Source of the DNA: Podarcis muralis
Lineage: Eukaryota
NCBI RefSeq assembly: GCF_964188315.1
Contig: NC_135659.1
Location: forward strand, 50,282,001-50,346,000
Direction of reading: 5' to 3'
Length of the DNA: 64,000 nt
Below are positions 53,421 through 64,000 of this stretch, piece after piece. Position 1 is the stretch's first letter. Each line of letters starts with the position of its first letter. Below the pieces are notes generated by a model. It was not told the DNA's origin. It ran no database searches and was given only the letters and a program-made list of their open reading frames with translations. The translations under genes and the position numbers were made by a program.

Positions 53421-54792
53421 ATCATATGCAATCCTAGTTCACAGGATGGATAAATTTTGGGAGTACACAGGTACTCCACTTGTGATATGGGGAATCAAGC
53501 ATCCTGTCAGGTCACAATCCCACAAATTTAGATTCATAATAAGAGTTACTTTCAGCTGTGCAGCTTTTCCTTTAATGCTTGCCTGATGTGTAGACTTTAG
53601 CAGATTATAATGCTTCTCTCCATGATGTAACTATAGCTGGGCCACATCATGGGAAAGTGCTGCCCTCCCACCCTCCTTTGATTACTGGGGTGACATGGCT
53701 GCAGCTTCTGGGTTCTGGTGAGAGCTTGTGAGAGGTCTGTGAGATCTCACCAGAACCGGGAAACCAAAGCTGCTTCTCCTCACTTCTCTGGCATTGGTGG
53801 CAGAGGTGGGCACAGTACCTGTGAAGGCACAGTACCCCTTGGGATTCTGCTATCCGAGGCGGCTGTCTCAGACCTCTTTATGGGCAGGGCGGCCCTGGAA
53901 CAGAGGGAATTGCCTTATACCAGGTCAAACTTCTAAAATAAAGGAGGACTGCAAATTCTAACATAATGAGGAACCTGTGGGACTGCCAACCATCACCTTT
54001 GAGCATGCTGGGTGGGTCTGATGAAAGTTGGAGTCCAAAATGTCATCCAGGTGTACTACAACTCCCACCAGACCCAGCAAGCATAACTGATGCTCAACAG
54101 CGGGTGGAGGCCACCAGGTTGACGAAGACTCCTCTAGCCAGTTCAGCACGGTTCAGTTGGAGAAGGCTGAAAATTAGTTTTAAAACCAGATGGTGCTCTC
54201 AACATAAACTATAGGACAATGTCCCAAGTGGTCGCTCTCACTCCCTTTCCCTTCCCGAGCCCTACTAAACAACCCTACTAAGCCACATGAGGAACTGCTG
54301 AGGATCTTCCCCACAGCATAAACTAGCTCATGGGGTTGGAAAGAAACAAAGCAGAGTTCACTGTCCTAGGAAAACCGAGCTCAAGCCGACTTTGGATTTG
54401 ATTCATTGGTCTGCCTGCCTCTCCCACTGTTAATACTCCAAGGCCTCGGTCGGGGGGAAGGGAGTGAGCGAAGAAAAGCTATTTTTATCTCTCTCGTTCC
54501 CTTTCATGCATTCCTCCGAATTTCCCCTTGGCCTTGCAGAAAAAGAAAGTCATCACGCAACTCCCAGCGGGCAGCGGCTGCTTTAAAAAACTAACCCCGC
54601 CCCCTGGCTGGAGGGAGGGTTCCCTAGCCGGTGACGTCTGCCGCGCTCATTGATAAAAGCCGCGGGATTCCCTGGCCGCGGGTAGAGGCAGCGTGCGCGC
54701 GCGAAACTGCCGGGGCGCCACGTGATTTTTGTGCGGGGAGAGAGTACCGGGGAGAGGGCCGGCCCGCTCGCAGTAAGTGGGCCCCGTTAGCC

Positions 54793-62646
<7,854 letters not shown>

Positions 62647-62782
62647 TAAGTCCAAAGCACGTTTTCCCCCTGCTGAAGGCTTCTTGCAGGCCTGTTTCAG
62701 TGCTGCAACTTCTTGGCTTTTTAGTTCTTTTTGTATAGCTAAATGGGAGGAAGCAGGATTCTTTGGCCAGCATGTTCTAGCA

Positions 62783-62921
62783 CAGTGGTTCTCAACCTGT
62801 GGGTCCCCAGATGTTGTTGGACTACAACTCCCATCACCCCTAAGCTCTGGCCTTGCTAGCTAGGGGTGATGGGAGTTGTAGTCCAACAACATCTGGGGAA
62901 CGCGCAGGTTGAGAAAGGCTG
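62783..62921. mobile_element. hAT-derived palindromic MITE
   Basis: CAGTGGTTCTCAACCT...AGGTTGAGAAAGGCTG with internal GGACTACAACTCCCATCA inverted arms; CTAGCA on both flanks. Confidence 0.8.
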
Positions 62922-64000
62922 CCTAGCACAACTTAAAGCTTGTTGAAGATTAAGTACAAAAAATAATAGGCTACAAGCAAAAGCTTGGAGTGGGCGGCAA
63001 ATGCAAGAACCCTAAAGAGAAGCTGCGATGAAATTAAATGCATGAAGCCAAGTCTGCATGCAGCCAAGCAGCCTAAATTCCAGCTGTTGACACCTTGCTT
63101 CAAACAAAGGATTCCTCTTCTCAAAAAATGTTTAGCATCTTGATGGCTTTGTGGGGGAAATTGTTAGTTAGCCACAGAGCACCACTGCATATCCCTCTGT
63201 CTGGGGCTCTAAACAGAGAGGTGGTAATTGAAGTCGGGGTTATTGGAGATTGGTGGAATGAGGAATCAGTTTGCTCAAGTATATTGGGATCAAATCGCAA
63301 ACAGCTTTGTAGGGCTCCTTGCTAAGTGCTTATTGCCTCCCTATTGCTTCTTACAAATGCTGAAGCGCTTGTGTCAGCTTGACAGCGTAGTGCACCATGT
63401 TCTGCACTAGATGAAGCTCACAAACACTGAGGGCATCTTAAGAGGGAAAGTAGCAGTTGAAGCTTTTCAGTGGTTGATAAAGCTGAGGGCTTTGCCAATT
63501 TAATTTAAGTGCTCTTGGCTATGATAGTAGTGTGGAATTCAGGCTACCTGTTGGGTCCCCTGAGCAATGGAAGTATCGGTCTGAGTATTACATAAATGCT
63601 TGTATGCTGAGCATATGTTGCTAGCATAGCTTGACTGCAACTAGACCCATAAAGCTTTGCCCAAAATGACTGCTTATATGTATTTCTGGGCCATATATAA
63701 GATGGTCTATTTTAAGGACAAATCTGTTTATTTAATGAAACTCAAAACACCACAAAGCTGCTGCTAATCTTTTACAATCTTATTGACAATTTCATTAGAA
63801 CAAATGGAAAAAGTGGCTGGCCTGTGGTTCACAGCTGGCTATTTGGCTCAGGTGCTATTCGGCTGCTTTCCGGAGTGTCGTCTTAAAAAATAGTTTGTGC
63901 CTTCAGTTGTCTTTGCCCTGGTTAGCCACAGCTTCCTGTTAAGTTTTCACAGCGCAGTAAATGGAAATTTTTATCTTGAGTGCTGGGGGGTGAGGGAAGA

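Noticed and set aside
54631-54792. N-terminal extension of PLK3 suggested by the 144-aa ORF
   Set aside because: The ORF starts at a GTG in promoter DNA; the Kozak ATG at 54793 gives the MEPA start typical of PLK3.

Overview
Vertebrate genomic DNA, most likely a squamate (lacertid-like lizard, inferred from BovB, Sauria-SINE and Penelope repeats), syntenic with the human 1p34 block RPS8-BEST4-PLK3. Contents: (1) complete RPS8 (+, 6 exons, 208 aa, 5'TOP) hosting five box C/D snoRNAs: SNORD55, SNORD46, a second SNORD46-like copy in intron 3, and two SNORD38; (2) complete BEST4 (-, 9 coding exons, 514 aa); (3) an unnamed type-I membrane LRR gene (-, predicted 2 coding exons, 419 aa) with a tyrosine-motif-rich tail that resembles LRRC25 and has no counterpart between human BEST4 and PLK3 as far as I recall; (4) the first six coding exons of PLK3 (+; the gene continues beyond the window). 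Introns and intergenic DNA hold many mobile elements: BovB, RTE, CR1, L1 and L2 LINE fragments, SINEs, Tc1/mariner- and hAT-type MITEs, and three Penelope-like terminal remnants. One of these carries an intact minimal hammerhead-ribozyme motif, and its 12-bp target-site duplication copies the first canonical minus-strand AATAAA downstream of the LRR gene. All coordinates were read by eye. Homology calls rest on recalled reference sequences, not database searches.
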